Below, in pieces: positions 22,726 to 37,100 of a stretch of 64,000 bases of DNA (position 1 is its first letter; each line of letters starts with the position of its first letter). Source of the DNA: Strigamia acuminata. Taxonomy: Eukaryota. Under the pieces are notes generated by a model, which was not told the DNA's origin, made no database searches, and saw only the letters and a list, made by a program, of their open reading frames with translations. Made by a program: the position numbers and the translations under genes. The DNA is taken from the NCBI GenBank assembly GCA_949358305.1, contig OX442314.1:27714001-27778000 (forward strand). The letters run 5' to 3'.

Positions 22726-23578
22726 CGATTATTCGGTGCGCAGCGTTGCCAGCGTTTTTTAATCCTGGCGTTTCGTGTTTTAGCATATTTGTAGTTTTAA
22801 ATTGTTTTTTTCAGCATTTTCAATTTCAGCGTGTTGAATTAATTAATATAATAAACTAATTTGCAAATCTTTTACATTGTAGTGTTTTTTTTGCCAGCGT
22901 TGTTCTTGCCGGCGTTTTTCTAGCCAGCGTTCTGCGTTGTAGTGTTTTTGCGCGTGTACATGTTTGTGAAACGTCGGGCGTACGTGCACGTTACACGCTG
23001 CGTTTATAAAAATTCAAACGATTCCCAGCGTTTTCATTGCAGGCGTTTAATCAGCCGTGGACATATACTCAATATCTCAATGGATAGTGGTAGTTATAGC
23101 GAATTGAAGAAGAGCGCAACCCAATTGCGCTCTTCTTCAAACGCGCTTGAGCAATAATGGCGCAGGCATTGCGCGTTTATGCAATGCCACTGATAGCTGG
23201 GAAGTCGAATGTGAGAATGATTAGACAACCTTTAGGTTTGACTGTCGTAACTAGACTATTTATTTCAATTAGATACAGAACAAATCAGGTAAAGGGCGCT
23301 ATAGCTCACACGACCCTCCTTTTTGAGTTGTCGTCCTCGACAACAAAACAAAATCAAAATACAACTAGGGCACAATACGATTCCTTAACACGTAACGTGC
23401 CTCCGATGGATCTTCAATCGTCTTCGTCGAGTCTGTTTTCTCCGTCAAAGTCCTTTCGTCCTTCTCGCCGAAAAATCTCTTTAGCTGAGAAGCGTGAGTT
23501 TTTCAAGATCTCCCCTCAGTTGAATCCGTTATTAAAAACACCTCGCTACCGATATTCTTCACGATCTCGAATGGTCCT

Positions 23579-23990
23579 GTGAATAACGTCTCGAACTTCT
23601 TGTTGCGCGGACTATATGTGGAAACTGTTGAGAGGGCACAGACCGACGTGTGTCAGCAATCGACTGTGGTTGATGTGGGGCACAACCATCTGGGGCATTC
23701 GAAGAGCCGGTGCCACACGGCAAAACGAGAGTCGACTCAAGCGACGAAACCACAAGACCATCTGGTGGTGCGACCGAAGAGGGCGAGGTGCTGTGAAAGC
23801 GTGAAGTTCATCGTAGAGCCTGCCAAATGTAAGCAGTGGGTCGACGGGATAAGTGAAGGTGTTTTGGGAGAAACCACCGGAATGCGAGGAGCGGGGAAAA
23901 GTGCAGCTGCTACATCTAGGAACCGACCGAATGGTGGCAGATATGCTGGCCAAAGCAATAACACTGCAAAAGCAGAGTTAGTGATACAAA
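23579..23990 (+). mobile_element. Degenerate, internally deleted Ty1/copia pol remnant
   Basis: One frame reads GLY...DVGHNHLGH (GAG-pre-integrase WHxRLGH-like). Another reads EERGKVQLLHLGTDRMVADMLAKAI, resembling the copia RNase H C-terminus. Stops and frameshifts lie between them. Confidence 0.55.
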
Positions 23991-26582
23991 ACGCGGTGGA
24001 TTGAATAGATGTTGAAAATATGCGTTGTTTTGAAATTGATTTATTAATCTTTCCATTGAATTGTTTGTAAGTGTGTTTCATTTTGCATTTTTATTTTTAC
24101 TTTTTATTTTATTTTATTTTATTTTATTGTGCTATTTTGTGATTACAGTTTTGTGAGTTTGTCTTGATTTGAGTTATTGATCAGTTAAAGGTGGTGTGTG
24201 TTGTTTATATTTTGTTTGTCACCTGGCTCCAATATACAAATCCCGAATGAGGGTCTCCCACCAGGGGGAGTTCTTGAAATCTCGCGACCCAGAACGTGAT
24301 TTGGACACTTCCAGTTACTTTACGACAACGTGCGGTTCGTACGCGATAACGTGTGCGCAAATAAACGACTTGCGTGTATCCTCACCAATCAATGCGCGTT
24401 TTCTTCAACGATTTACAATACCTTTAATATTCCAATATTAGTTAAATTAGCAAAATATTCATATTATATAATTCTAGTTTTCAATTGGTCCGCAAACCAT
24501 AACTGTGAAATTTAGTTAGAAAAGAAATTTTAAATATATTTGCATAAAACGTTTAAACACTAGAACTAAAAATGGCCGTGATCACATAATATTTCACATT
24601 TCTTGTGAGTACATACTTTCGACTGCGTTGTTGAAAATATTGGGAATATTTTCAATTTACATGTACGTAATGCTTTAATGTATTTTTAAAAAATTAGATG
24701 ATGTTTTTCAATTAATTTTCATATCATGCCGCACTATATAATTTTCACCGATGTTCGTGAGAAAATTTAATGACTCACTGAATTAAATTTTAAAATTATG
24801 CACATGGTTTATAAAAAAATCAATTTTTAATTTGGATGTTTCGTAAACAACCGATTATGAACTTAATTATGCAGTAAACCATTACTACAATATCAACACT
24901 TAATGTAAGTTTGTTGAATTTTTTCGCACCTGAAGAGCAGCGTTTCTATATACTGGACTGCCAACAGCACGAGTTGTCGAAAGTTGTCATCATTAGAGTA
25001 AAATTTGATACAAAATGACTGGTAAGAATTTTTCGACTTAGTCAAAACCACATTTGTCGTTTTATGCGACAAGAAATGCAAGGTTTAGTGTCAGACCCAA
25101 AGATAGTTTTTCATTTTGCAAGAAGTCAAAGTTGAAAACTATACAAATTTTTCGCTAAAAACCAATAATTCAAGTAATTTTCAGCACATAAATTTAAGAC
25201 AGGTATTTTAATCCTATTATTTTAATTAAAACTGAATGGGAGATTATGTCGACTAGGGGACCGGTTAGTGGAGTTTAACAGCATACAGTTGTCATCAAAA
25301 GTATATTCACATCGCTGTAAAAACTTAATGATACTGAGCGTGGGATGAACCGGGAGAAGGCGGGACTAGTGCAGAACATGACTGCTCTCACTAGTGTCCA
25401 CAACACGACTATCTCACCTTTCTCTCTCCCTGCACCACTGAGACCCCTTTTTCACTTTTCTGGGTCGGCCCAACCCATGGTAAGGGTAGGACTGACTTTA
25501 GTGTTTAGGGCAATTGGTCAGTGTATCCATTCTGGGGTATGCCATACACTTGACAGACCAAACGGTCATAATCAGCTTCTTGATGATTTTTCGGGCATTT
25601 GTGCCAATTGTCTTCAATGCAAAATTTTTCCAATATCTAAAAATTGCGAGGATATTTCGTGTGAACCGGATGAACCAGATGTTTCAGAGGCCTCGCGGAT
25701 TTAGGGGTCCGGGAGGTCGTAGTCATAAAAGCTTAAAGCCACTGTGCGTGATTCGACTTAGTGGTAGATAATACAAGAGCTTCGGAACAACAATGAATAA
25801 TGAAATAATACTTTATTAAATAAACTTACGATAGATAATACACTAAATTGTTAAATTATATTGGGTCTCGGATTCCTCTGCGAATACGATTCGTTGCTAA
25901 GCAATCATGATTGATTGTTTAGCCTTACACGTGGCTTCTGTTGTTGTCTAGGGTTAAACACTTGTTTCGATTAAACACGAGGTGAAATTCTCGTCGTGCG
26001 AATTATCGTTGTAACGTAGATTTGCTATGTTAAAAGATTATCTCGGTTGTACAGTTGTAAATCAGCGGGCATCGGTCCTCTATCAATCCGGTAAACCGGC
26101 CTGAAGGTGAGGTAATGATGCTCTTGCTAAAAGGTAAACTGTAACTGTAGTGTAGTTTCCGGTCAAAACATGGGCTTATATATGAACCGGAAATGACGTA
26201 ACATGCAAATCTTAACGGATTATGCAGTATCGCAGAAGCGGGAACTAGCCAATCTAGTTCTTCGGATGACTCCTAGCGTCGTATTGGTTTACTAATAACT
26301 AGTAAACAAGATGAAATTCTATCTAATCATTTCTTGTGATTTGGAATCACAACACAATTTTTTACGGGACCGAATATTTTGCGGAACAGCGGAACGGCGG
26401 AACCTGGTGTCCAATTGGCTGCCACTAATCCTATTGTTCTTAGAACTTATATGAGCTCTGGTTTTCACCAGAACTTTGGCTTTTATTCTTGTTTTGTTAT
26501 CTTTTGATTCTTAACAGTTTTAAGCCCCTTCAATAGTTTACTATTGTTGTAACGCTGACAAACGCTCTTGTCGCTGTCACGT

Positions 26583-27168
26583 TGTGACTGCTATGGTCTC
26601 GCCAGTGTAGTCAGGGGACTGATAACACCGGGTAGGGACGCATACTTCACGTAAATAACGGGGAATCCCACAATATTGGTTGGTTGGCCTTTATTGTGTT
26701 GTCTAGGGGTATGGGGAATCCCGTTATCCGTTGCAGGGGTGCCACGAAGGCACGCCGCACCGGCAACCGGCCCGTCACACACTGGGCGCGAGCCCAATGG
26801 GTGACGTGGTCGGTTCAACGTTACATTCATGCTGTACTTACCTACAGCCCGCAGTGACCACTCATGGAGGCTGTATTGGGTGGTAAACCCAGATACTGAG
26901 CATCGCTGTGGTGAATGGGAAGGAGTGCAGAGTCCTCTCAGCCGGGACACGTCTTGTCCCCTCGTCAACTACAACACCCTGGAACTCTGTCAACACACGA
27001 CCGTCCTGGTCGGTGCCCGCACTCTCTCTCTCTGCAACTCCCGCCCACACCACTCAGCTCCCTCCTTCCCCCGGGCTAGATCACCTTGCCCAATCAGGGG
27101 GTGATCTTGGGGCCGTATGGTGGTGTGTGGCAGTGACGTAGGTCACCCCAGGTGGCCTGACGGTCACA
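26583..27168. mobile_element. Solo LTR, family 1
   Basis: TGTGAC...GTCACA ends with 4-bp TSD ACGT; related to copies at 29599-30212, 35445-35999, 48323-48864 and 54100-54292. Confidence 0.8.
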
Positions 27169-27359
27169 ACGTTAGCGATCATGTGTCGCACATATTCGGG
27201 GAGGCGAACCCAGTTAACCGTAGTCCCTCCACTCAACTCAGCTTGCCTTTTAGGTGTAAGATTGGTTGTAGCAGGCGATCATATATCGCGCGTACGGGAA
27301 GGCGAACCCGTCCAACAAATCCCGATTACTGATCATTCGCGATCAGATTCACAGTCACG

Positions 27360-27835
27360 TCTCTGAGGCGGACGGAGGTGTCAAAACCTCCCGAAATGGT
27401 TGTAGATCATTGTTGACTGTCCCCGCCGATATTTCAATTATTACTAATAACTAATGTTTTATTCTTGGTACTTTTCCGAATCTCGTACAACCGATTGAGA
27501 AATCGATTGGTTAATTATTGGTGATGCAGAGAATTCTCCGCATCATTGTGCATTCTCGCCAAGTGGCTAAAATGGCCACATAACGTTGTTTTGACGATGC
27601 TGCGAAGCCTGCCTTATCCCTCGGCCCGCCCGGACACTCATCCAGACGATGCCACCCGTTTACACGTGTACAGAACCCAGAACCCCGGTTTCTTTATACT
27701 GGTAATAAACATAGTCATGTCCATTGTATCGTAAGTTCGTATTATCCAGTAGTTATAATTCACTTAGCACACAATAGTTTAGCTTATCTCAGTTAGATTT
27801 GTATTATTTACCTACCAAAAAGTAGAATCGTCACA
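27360..27835. mobile_element. LTR-like repeat, family 2, directly upstream of copy B (also upstream of C ending 52634; inverted copies start at 32073 and 56162)
   Basis: Ends ...AGAATCGTCACA; four related copies in the window; left boundary uncertain. Confidence 0.55.
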
Positions 27836-28104
27836 CTCACTCAAAAACAACCATGATAAATCATACTTTTGAAATATCAATATTTCATTATAATTTTATG
27901 ACTTTAGTTCCTCTTTTACTGTTGCTCACAAATTGAAAACAAACATTATTTTTGAAAATTACATTTCTATATTTTGGTATAAAATTTTTTTTTCATGGAA
28001 AATTCAGTTGGAAACAAATTAATTTTTGAAGTTTTACAACCATCGATTGTTAAACTAGATACAAGTTACGTACTTTTATCTTTTAACCTTGATTTGTAGA
28101 CAAA

Positions 28105-31100
28105 ATGCCCGCTCCTAAAGCTTTGCGCATCCGTTGGATCCGTATCCGTACTCGCCAATTTGTGCGACAAGAATTGCAAACTTCACTGTCGGGCAAAGAT
28201 AGTTTGCAATATATAAACAAGGTTGTCGAGAACACTGGAATAGTTCGTGCAGTTTGGTTGGTTGGTTGGTTGGTTTGTTTCGGCATTTGCGGTTATCAAA
28301 CTTGGGAAAGATTTCGCTTCTACATGTCTGGACCTTTCAAAGTTGAAATTGATTTTGTTCCAATTCAAGAAAGTAGATTCAATGAAATTAGACTCATGGT
28401 GCTTGATACTCCTCTGATGTCGGAGTACTGGGACAAAATACCAGAACCGAACACAATTGATGATGTAAAAGAGAGAATGAGAGCTTGCAGCATCCCAGTG
28501 AGAGGAATCATTTCGAAGAAAGTCAAAGTTAAAAATTACACACACTTGTGGGAGCATTCCAACATTTCAGAAAATATGCAGCACTTTAAGATCAGGCAGG
28601 TAAGTAACCTTGGATAAGTAAAAGAGCTATATTAAAAAATATTGTTGCCAGTATTTTGATAATAACTACTTTTTCAGGGCAAAACTATATTACTTGAGTC
28701 TAAGATGAGAAGTGGCAATTACACAAACCAGGAGACAACAACTGAATTAAAATACAAGAATTCTGTTTTCGGCAGTACACTGATTGTGAAAACAGGTAAA
28801 ATTAATATAATCATATTTTCCATTTATTACCGTATATCTGTAAATAGCACACCCGTGCGCTTTTAGAAAATTTTTTTTTGGCCCTTGCGCTATTAGTATC
28901 GGCAATGAAAAACACCTAAAAGTGTGACAATTGAAACGTTTTCCATACGTTTCGGTAATTTTCTGCCGAAACGTATGCAAAACTTGTCATTTGTCATCCT
29001 TTTTTGGCACATTATCGGGGCTCCAATTGTGTATCCGCGCGCAATTCGAGGCCCATGCGTTATTGGCAAAAATAAAATTTGCCCCGCGCGCAATTGGAGG
29101 TTCGCGGGCTATTAGAGGTCCGCAGACAATTCGACGATATACGGTATTTAATCTTTTTGGCTGTATTTTTTTATTTTTTTTATTTTTTTTAGATTTACTA
29201 CCGGTTCAAAAGAGAAAATTGCATATTCTTTTTAAAAAAAATGGAACCTGTGACGTACCAATGGTTGCAGTCAGTTCACTTTGTCAAATTGGGAATTCGT
29301 AATATGTGCAATATTCTTACGTGCAATAATACCAATCACACCTAAGAATCGTGTTGCATAGTGCAAATATTCGTACCTGCGACGCGTACAAATTACGTAG
29401 GCATGCGTGTGCTCAATTAGCGGACGTCCAAATTGGCCGAAAATGTCGGCGCCGACTCCAAGTCGCTTTGCTTGCAATGTTGGCACTGACTTCTCCCAAT
29501 CATGCACTGACCGCTCCACACTGCAACGATCCGGGTCTTTCTGTTTAATATTCGGAAGGAATAATAAATAATCACCTTTGAGATGCCATATTAAACTTTG
29601 TTACCGCTTGGCCACCCAGGGTCACCTGCGTCACTGCCACACACCACCTTACAGCCCCAAGGTCATCCCCTGTATGGGTGGACTGACCTAGCCTAGGGGA
29701 AGAGGGAGCTGAGTGATGTGGTGGAGAGTTGAGTGTGATAGGTGAGAGAGAGAGGTTGGTTTGTCTCTCTGTCTGTCACCGGTCGTGCTAGAGAGAGGTG
29801 AGTCTCTCTCCGACTGCGAGGGAGAGAGGAGCTGTGATCATCGAGGGGACAAGACGTGTCCCGGCCTATCGTGGACTCTGCACTCCTTGCCATTCACCAC
29901 AGCAAAGCTCAGTATTATGGCGGTCTCTTTAGTGCACCCTCCATGAGTGGCTGCATGGGTCGTGGGTGAGTACGACATGAGTGTTATGTCGAACCGACCA
30001 CGTCACCCATAGGGCTCACGCCCTGTGTGTGACGGGTAGGTTGCCGGTGCGGTGTGCCTACTGGCATCCCTACAACGGGTGACGGGATTCCCCATACCCC
30101 TAGACAACACATATTAAAGGCCAACAACCAATAATAAGGAGTCTTTGTCATTTATTCATGAGTATGCGTCCCACACCAGGATAACCAGTCCCTGGGTTAC
30201 CTTGGCGAAGACCAATACTTACAATGTGCACTTGTGCGTCGTCGCACATGTACTGTACATACTTACAAAACTTGTCGTTGCGGTGTATGCACGCAAACAT
30301 TATCGCAACATCGCGAGTAAGAATATCGCATGTATGATAGAGGCCTGTCAAATTGTTTGTCCTTCAAGGGGGTGGCATATTTCGTTCAATCCCAATCATA
30401 AAAATTGTTCACACTTACCTGATTTAGCGTGGCTATCCGAATATACCATAAACAGTTTATGCAACTGGGATTGTACAATTGCGGCCACAAAAATTGTTCA
30501 TTACACTTCCACCGTTTAATACTAGGTATCTCTGAAGGATGGTGTCATGCCCTATCGATACACTTTGGCCGTGCAGATGGGAATTGAAGCTGAATTTCAA
30601 TTTATTTTGCGCAAAGTGAGTTAATTGTTTGTTTCTTTAGTTCTTGCAATTTATTCAATGATGCAGCAAGATTACAGATATCTTGTGACAGTTTTTATTG
30701 CGGATACATTTAACAAAAATAGTGATATTGTATTTCTTTTTTGCAAGTATCAATTTTTGCCTTCAAGAAACCCCTACTGTGAACCCAGCCTTATAAAGCA
30801 AACCCAATGTTATGAAAACTGTGTGTCAAAACAAACTCTAAAAAAACATCCACCATGCAGGTCTGAAAACTTAGTTCACTGAAACGATTGATAATGCTGA
30901 TACTGTAGATTGTTTACTTAGGTTGCCTTACATGGCTGACAAAAATCTGCCAGACTGCAGTTTAGAAGCAAACAAATCAATTGTGCTTAAAGTGTATGAC
31001 AACTCCTACCATCCCGAAACATCCACGCTGGCAACAATTGAATGTGGTTGCCTAAGACCTTGTCAAACGAGTGCTTATACCCTAATAGTCAAGACCGATA

Positions 31101-34100
31101 CTAGTTAAGTCAAACGATATCATTTTTAGGTGTAATTATAACAAAATTATTCATCTTTCACTCTTAGATTTTGAAGATGAACCCAGTAGTAGAGATTTAG
31201 CAAGTATAAATCTTAAAGTGATGGAAGAAACATTTGTCAGAATGACAGAAATCTACATTTACAAAATTTCTAATTTGGTGATCGATTTTGGCGGTAATCT
31301 AGGATTTTCTTTGGGATATTCGCTCCTCTCTATAATCGAAATTGTACAATTTGTTTCGCTTTTGTGCTACAATAAGTATATTAGACCTATTCGACTACAA
31401 ACTCACATTAAAACAAAAGTCATTTATCAAATTAAAATGTCAAATTTGAAGAAAAAGACAAAGAAGACTTTGCCTCAAACCTCGCCCATGCTACAACGTA
31501 CGTTTTTCATTCTCATTTTGATTTGTGCTTTCTTAGCAGTTTATGTGAGCAAAGAAAGAATTACATTATATCTGAGTGAACCAACAAGATATGTGGTAAA
31601 TATTCAAGAAAATGACACATTATATATGCCCAACGTTATTGCATGTATGGATGGACACTTAATGACACACTACAGAAACCGATATGCCAAAATTACAGGC
31701 ATTCCAGAATGCAAAATTCACTTTGTTGATTTAATGAATACAACTATCAGAGAGAAAAAGCCATCAATGGAAGATGTATGGCGCTATCAAACACCTATAA
31801 TGGACACTGTTTCCATGGAGACTGCAGCAAGTGTAAGTGTTTGGTCTGATGTCCAAAAGTGTAAAAGAACAGTAATCGTTGTCTTTATGTTTCATCCGTG
31901 GGATGGGATGACATGAAATCCTGGTTCTTAACCTTTGTAGCAGTTGGCAACCCTTGACTTTTGCAGTCTCTGCTCACAGCTTACCAAAGGAAAATATTTT
32001 TGAACTAAGTTTTTACTTTTAACCACTTCTGAAGTAGATTTGTAGAATATCTATCTTGCACCCCCAGGTGGTTGTGACGATTCTACTTTTGGCTGAATAT
32101 ACAGTATTAGCCTTTAAAGATAAACCTAAACCTACAGAGTTAGACTAAAACTGTGCGCTAACACAGGTAACGTGATTATGTTTATTATAAAGTACGACTG
32201 GATTCTAGGTTCTGGGCACGTGTAAACAGGCAGCATCGTCTGGTTGAGGATCTGGACGGGCCAAGGGATAGGGCTGGCTTCGCGGCATCGTCACAATAAC
32301 ATTACATGGTCGTATTCGGCCACGTGGCTGAAATGCACAAAGATGCAGAGAATCCTCTGCATTTACCGAGATTTATAACATCGATTATTCAATTGATGGA
32401 ATCGTGATTCGAACAATACTAAACTATAAAAACATAACAAATAAATAGACCCCGGATAAATGCATAAATGCATAGAATATATTTATATTGAATAAAAAGC
32501 TGAAATTGGCTTAAATTGCATATTTCGCAAAAATCGGTAAATAAATGCATAAATCGCCATTTTTCCGAGAAAAAACTGCGATTTATGTCTTTTTTTAACG
32601 ATACGTAACATGTACGTATCAATTTTTGTCTTTTTTTTTAAGACACGTATTGTGTACTTATGCTTGCATTCGGAAAACTGAGGATTTTGCCAAAAACAGA
32701 CACCAGGGGAAATCACTAAATTAGTGTCTGGAAAAAGTTTTAAGAAATAAACAAATAAACAAATAAAAAAATAGCAAAAAATGAATTGTAATTACTAATT
32801 ATAATTCATTTACATCAAGAACACTTTCAAATGGCATTAAGTTGTTATTTAACACCTGATTTCACTTGAATAATTTTTTTTATTTTGCATATTTGTATTT
32901 TTATTTTGCATAAAATGGAATTTTTGGTGCTTATTTTATGCGCATAAAACGAATTTTATTTTGCATAAATATCCGGGGTCTACAAATAAAAGTTAGATAT
33001 TAATAGAAACTGGATAAATGCATAAATGCATACAAATAATTTTTATTGAATAAAAAGCCGAAATTGGCGATAAATGCATATTTTTGAAAAATCAAAAATA
33101 AATGCATAAATCGCCACTTTTTCCGAAAACATGGCGATTTATGACGTCTTTTTACGATACGTAACGTGTACGTATCAATTTCTGCCTTTTTAAAGAAACG
33201 TATTGTGTACGTTTCATGTACGCTTCATTTGCATTCGGAACTGAGGACTTCGCCTAAAACAGAAACCAGGGGAAGTCACTAAATGTGTGAAATAAACAAA
33301 TAAAAAAGTTAAAAAATAGAAAAGAATGAATTGTAATTACTAATTATAATGCATTAACATCAAGAACACTTGGAAATGGTATTAAGTTGTTATTTAACAC
33401 CTTATTTCAATCGAATAAATTATTTTATTTTGCATATTTTTATTTTTATTTTGCATAAAATGAAATTTTTAGTGCATTTTTATGCACATAAACCAAATTT
33501 TATTTTGCATAAATATCCGGTCTCTAGATATTAATATTATCGGCGGGGTCAGTCACGATGGTTTTAAGGCCATCGCGGGAGATTATTACACCTCCATCCG
33601 CCACATAGTCATAACAACTAAGAGCCATGACGGTCGTAGAATCATGAATGATCCATGGCTGGGAGGATTTATTGTTCGGGTATTCCTTCCCGCATGATAA
33701 CACTTTATAAATACAACAGCAATTCAATTACTCGGGCGAGCTATTGCCGAAACACACGACAACAAGTCATCACTTTATAGTCAAGCTACTGAGGGGGTCT
33801 AATGCTTTTCAATAGAGAGATCACAGACACAAACCAAACAGAAAAACAGAAAAAGCCGCAGTTCAGAAGTCGGTTCATTTCGTCGCCGACGGTTTTGTAG
33901 TTTTAGTGCCCAAAAATCAATGTTTTTACTAATTTTTTCTGTGGGTCATTTTGTCGCCGGTCATTTCATCCCCACTCATTTCATCGCCGTTCATTTTGTT
34001 GACGCTCATTTCATACTGTGGTGGTTTTAGGGTTATATTTTGAAGAAAGATAGTAGATGCATTCAGCCTTCCTCTTCTCGTTGGTGTACGCATATCCCCC

Positions 34101-37100
34101 CATGCACAACTTGGGTTTATTTCGATTGGTCTTGCTCATCACAATGTCATTACAAGTGGCCATTCTACAGCAAAGCGATTGTAGTTAGTAATCAATCATT
34201 TGATATGCACATCTTTTATACTACACCACAGGGCTGTAATGTCATACAAACGTAGGTCACGTTTATCTAACAAACGTAACACCCTGGGCGTCGAAACGAC
34301 CAATAGCCAACAAAACAACTAATAGGCGACGAAATGAATGTCGAAAAAACGACTGGTGACGAAATGACCGGCGACGCAACCATTGGCGACGAAATGACCA
34401 GCGACAAAACAAACAGCGACAAAACCATCGGCGCCGAAATGACCATACAAAAAAAAGAAACAAAAATTTACCAACGCTGAAAAACACCCATATTTCATCG
34501 CCGTTTCCGGCAACAAAATGATCGGGAACGAAACGTGGGCGACGAAATGATTGAACTCTGCCATTCCAGGGCGGGCAAGATCATGCCCAGGCACAAATTA
34601 GTCACCTCTAATCTTATTGTTCTCAAGAACTATACAGGGTGTCCCAAAAGTCTGAACCACCCTAAATATTTCATGAGCAATTGCATCTAGGCCAACTTTG
34701 ATGAAACGATCGTATAGTAAGTTGGGTGAGAGCAATCCAATGACGTCATCAAATTTGACCTTGGAGGTCATTTTCAAGGTCATTCACTTGCTAACTTCTA
34801 AACCAATCAGGTTAAAGCAAAATTTCCAATTAGAACGTTGTAGAGCATGGCCTAATTAGTCTAGAACTGTTCTTAAAAAAGTTATCTCGTACTGAAAGGT
34901 TTTGAGAAAAAAAGGTTTGAAATGTTAGTCAACTCAGCTTTGTAACTCAGCTTTGTAACCTAAAACTATTGAGGCAACCAAGCTAATCCTCAATTAGGAT
35001 ACTTTATTGGGTCATACTTGTAAGTAGAAGAGAGGAAACACAAAAGAAAGGAAATAATTAATTTTGGAAATACATTCCACATGATAGTTTTAGGTTACAA
35101 AGCTGAGTAGATTAACATTTCAAAACTTTTTTTCTCAAAACTTTTCAGTAAGAGATAACTTTTTTAAGAACAGTTCTAGACTAATTAGGCCATGCTCTAC
35201 AACTTTCTAATTGGAAATGTTGCTCTAACCTGATTGGTTTAGAAGTTAGCAAGTGAATAACCTTGAAAATGGCTTTAGAGGACAAATTTGATGACATCAT
35301 TGGATTGCTCTCACCCAACTTCCTCTACGATTGCTTCATCAAAGTTGGCCTAGATGCAATTGCTCACGAAATATTTAGGGTGGTTCAGACTTTTGGGACA
35401 CCCTGTATAGTTCTTGAGAACAATAAGATTAGAGGTGACTAATTTGTGCCTGGGCATGATCTTGCCCGCCATGGAATGGGGATTTACCACAGCGGGAGGG
35501 ACGCATACATCAAGTAACAACAAGACAGGGACTAAGATTGCTGAATTTTTGCCTTTAATCGTTGTCTAGGGGTCGGGTCATCTATCTTACTGTGTGGCTG
35601 TGCCGTTAGGCATGCTACACCGGCATCCGACCCGTCATACCCAGGGCCTAAGTCTCATGGGTAACGTGGTCAGTTGCGTTGGACGAACATTGTGTCGTAC
35701 TTACCCGTACAACCCATCTAGCCGCTCATGGAGGCTGCAGCAGGCACAACTTCCTTTTACTGAGCGTCACAGTGGTGAATGGTGAGAGCAGCAGAGTCAG
35801 CAGTTGTCTCTGCTGTGGTTGGGACCGTGGCAACTCACCCTGGCACGTCTTCACCCTCGGCTCTCTCAGCAACGTTTCTCTCTCACCACACCACTCAGCT
35901 CCCTCCTCGGCCGGTCCACTCCTCCAAGAGTTGGACAGCTTGGAGCCACCAGGCGGTGTTTGGAGTGACTTAGGCCACTAGGGTGGCCAAACAGTCACAA
36001 ATTGAATACCAGAATCTAGAGATTCGGAGGTCCAATCTAAAGACAGGACCAAATCTCGAAGAGTCCAATTGGCTCTCTTCACAGGTAAGTATAAACATTA
36101 ATATTAAGGAGTTTCATTAAATGAGCGATTATTGTGATTAGTTGATTATTGAAATAATCGTAATCACTCAATTATTGAGGGCCCAACAAAAATCTGATTA
36201 TGTGATTATTGCTCCGATGGGCGGAATTGTTTAAATTGTAACCTAAATACCGTACCGCCCCGTTTAAAAGCCCGGGCGTTTAATTCTTTTTTTCAGCCGC
36301 CCTTCCCGGCGGCTATTTGAGGCCCGGCGCTAAAATGAACCAGGCGCTTAACCAGAAAAAAATGTAAATTATTGATTGGAAACTTTATTTTTTGCTCCGT
36401 TGTTGTAAAATCCATCCAAACACAGCTGATTCCGGCCCCAGTCATTCGTTTTTTAACAATCTTCGTCGTATTGTTGGTTTTTTTAGCTATCGCTGCTTCC
36501 AAATACCGAAACAGTACTGCACGTTATCTAGACGTACTCGTTGACCCGGCGCTTATTTGAACCCCGGCGTTAATACGGGCCAGGCGCCTATAAACTTTCC
36601 GGGTGCTGACTGCCAGGCGCTTAAACGGGGCGGGCGCTTAAATGAACCCGGGCGTTTAAACGGGGCGTTACGGTACGTTGCAATTGTTTAAAAAAAGTTT
36701 CTACAAATGCAGCCGTGGTAATTCATCCCCAAGCCATTTTACTATTGGGATCGTTTTTCTGTATGTGTATTTGTCCACAACATTGAATTAAGGGTATCAT
36801 GGACCAATATACTTATAAAAAAGTATTGGAGGATTGTTATGCTTCCATTTGAAGATGATAAACTGTCTTTGACTTGGATATTTCAGCAGGAAAATGATTC
36901 TAAGCACACAGTCAAGTCAATTGCTCAGTGTTCCAAACCCATCACACTTAAGTTTTGACTTGGGCTGCACAATCACACATACAAAATTTTGGTTAACCAA
37001 CATAATATTGAAATATATTGTTCAAATAAACAATGATTTTCTGAAGAAACCGGTTTTTTTTGTGCTTTTTTTGAATGTGGTGCTAAACTTTTGTCCAGCA

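Noticed and set aside
25743..26353. Possible solo LTR (TGT...ACA)
   Set aside because: No convincing target-site duplication or second copy in the window.
31833..31916. Exon-7 reading frame continuing into intron 7 (also in A and C), suggesting a 3-TM short isoform
   Set aside because: There is a good GTAAGT donor and the read-through tails differ in length and frame between copies; no evidence without transcripts.
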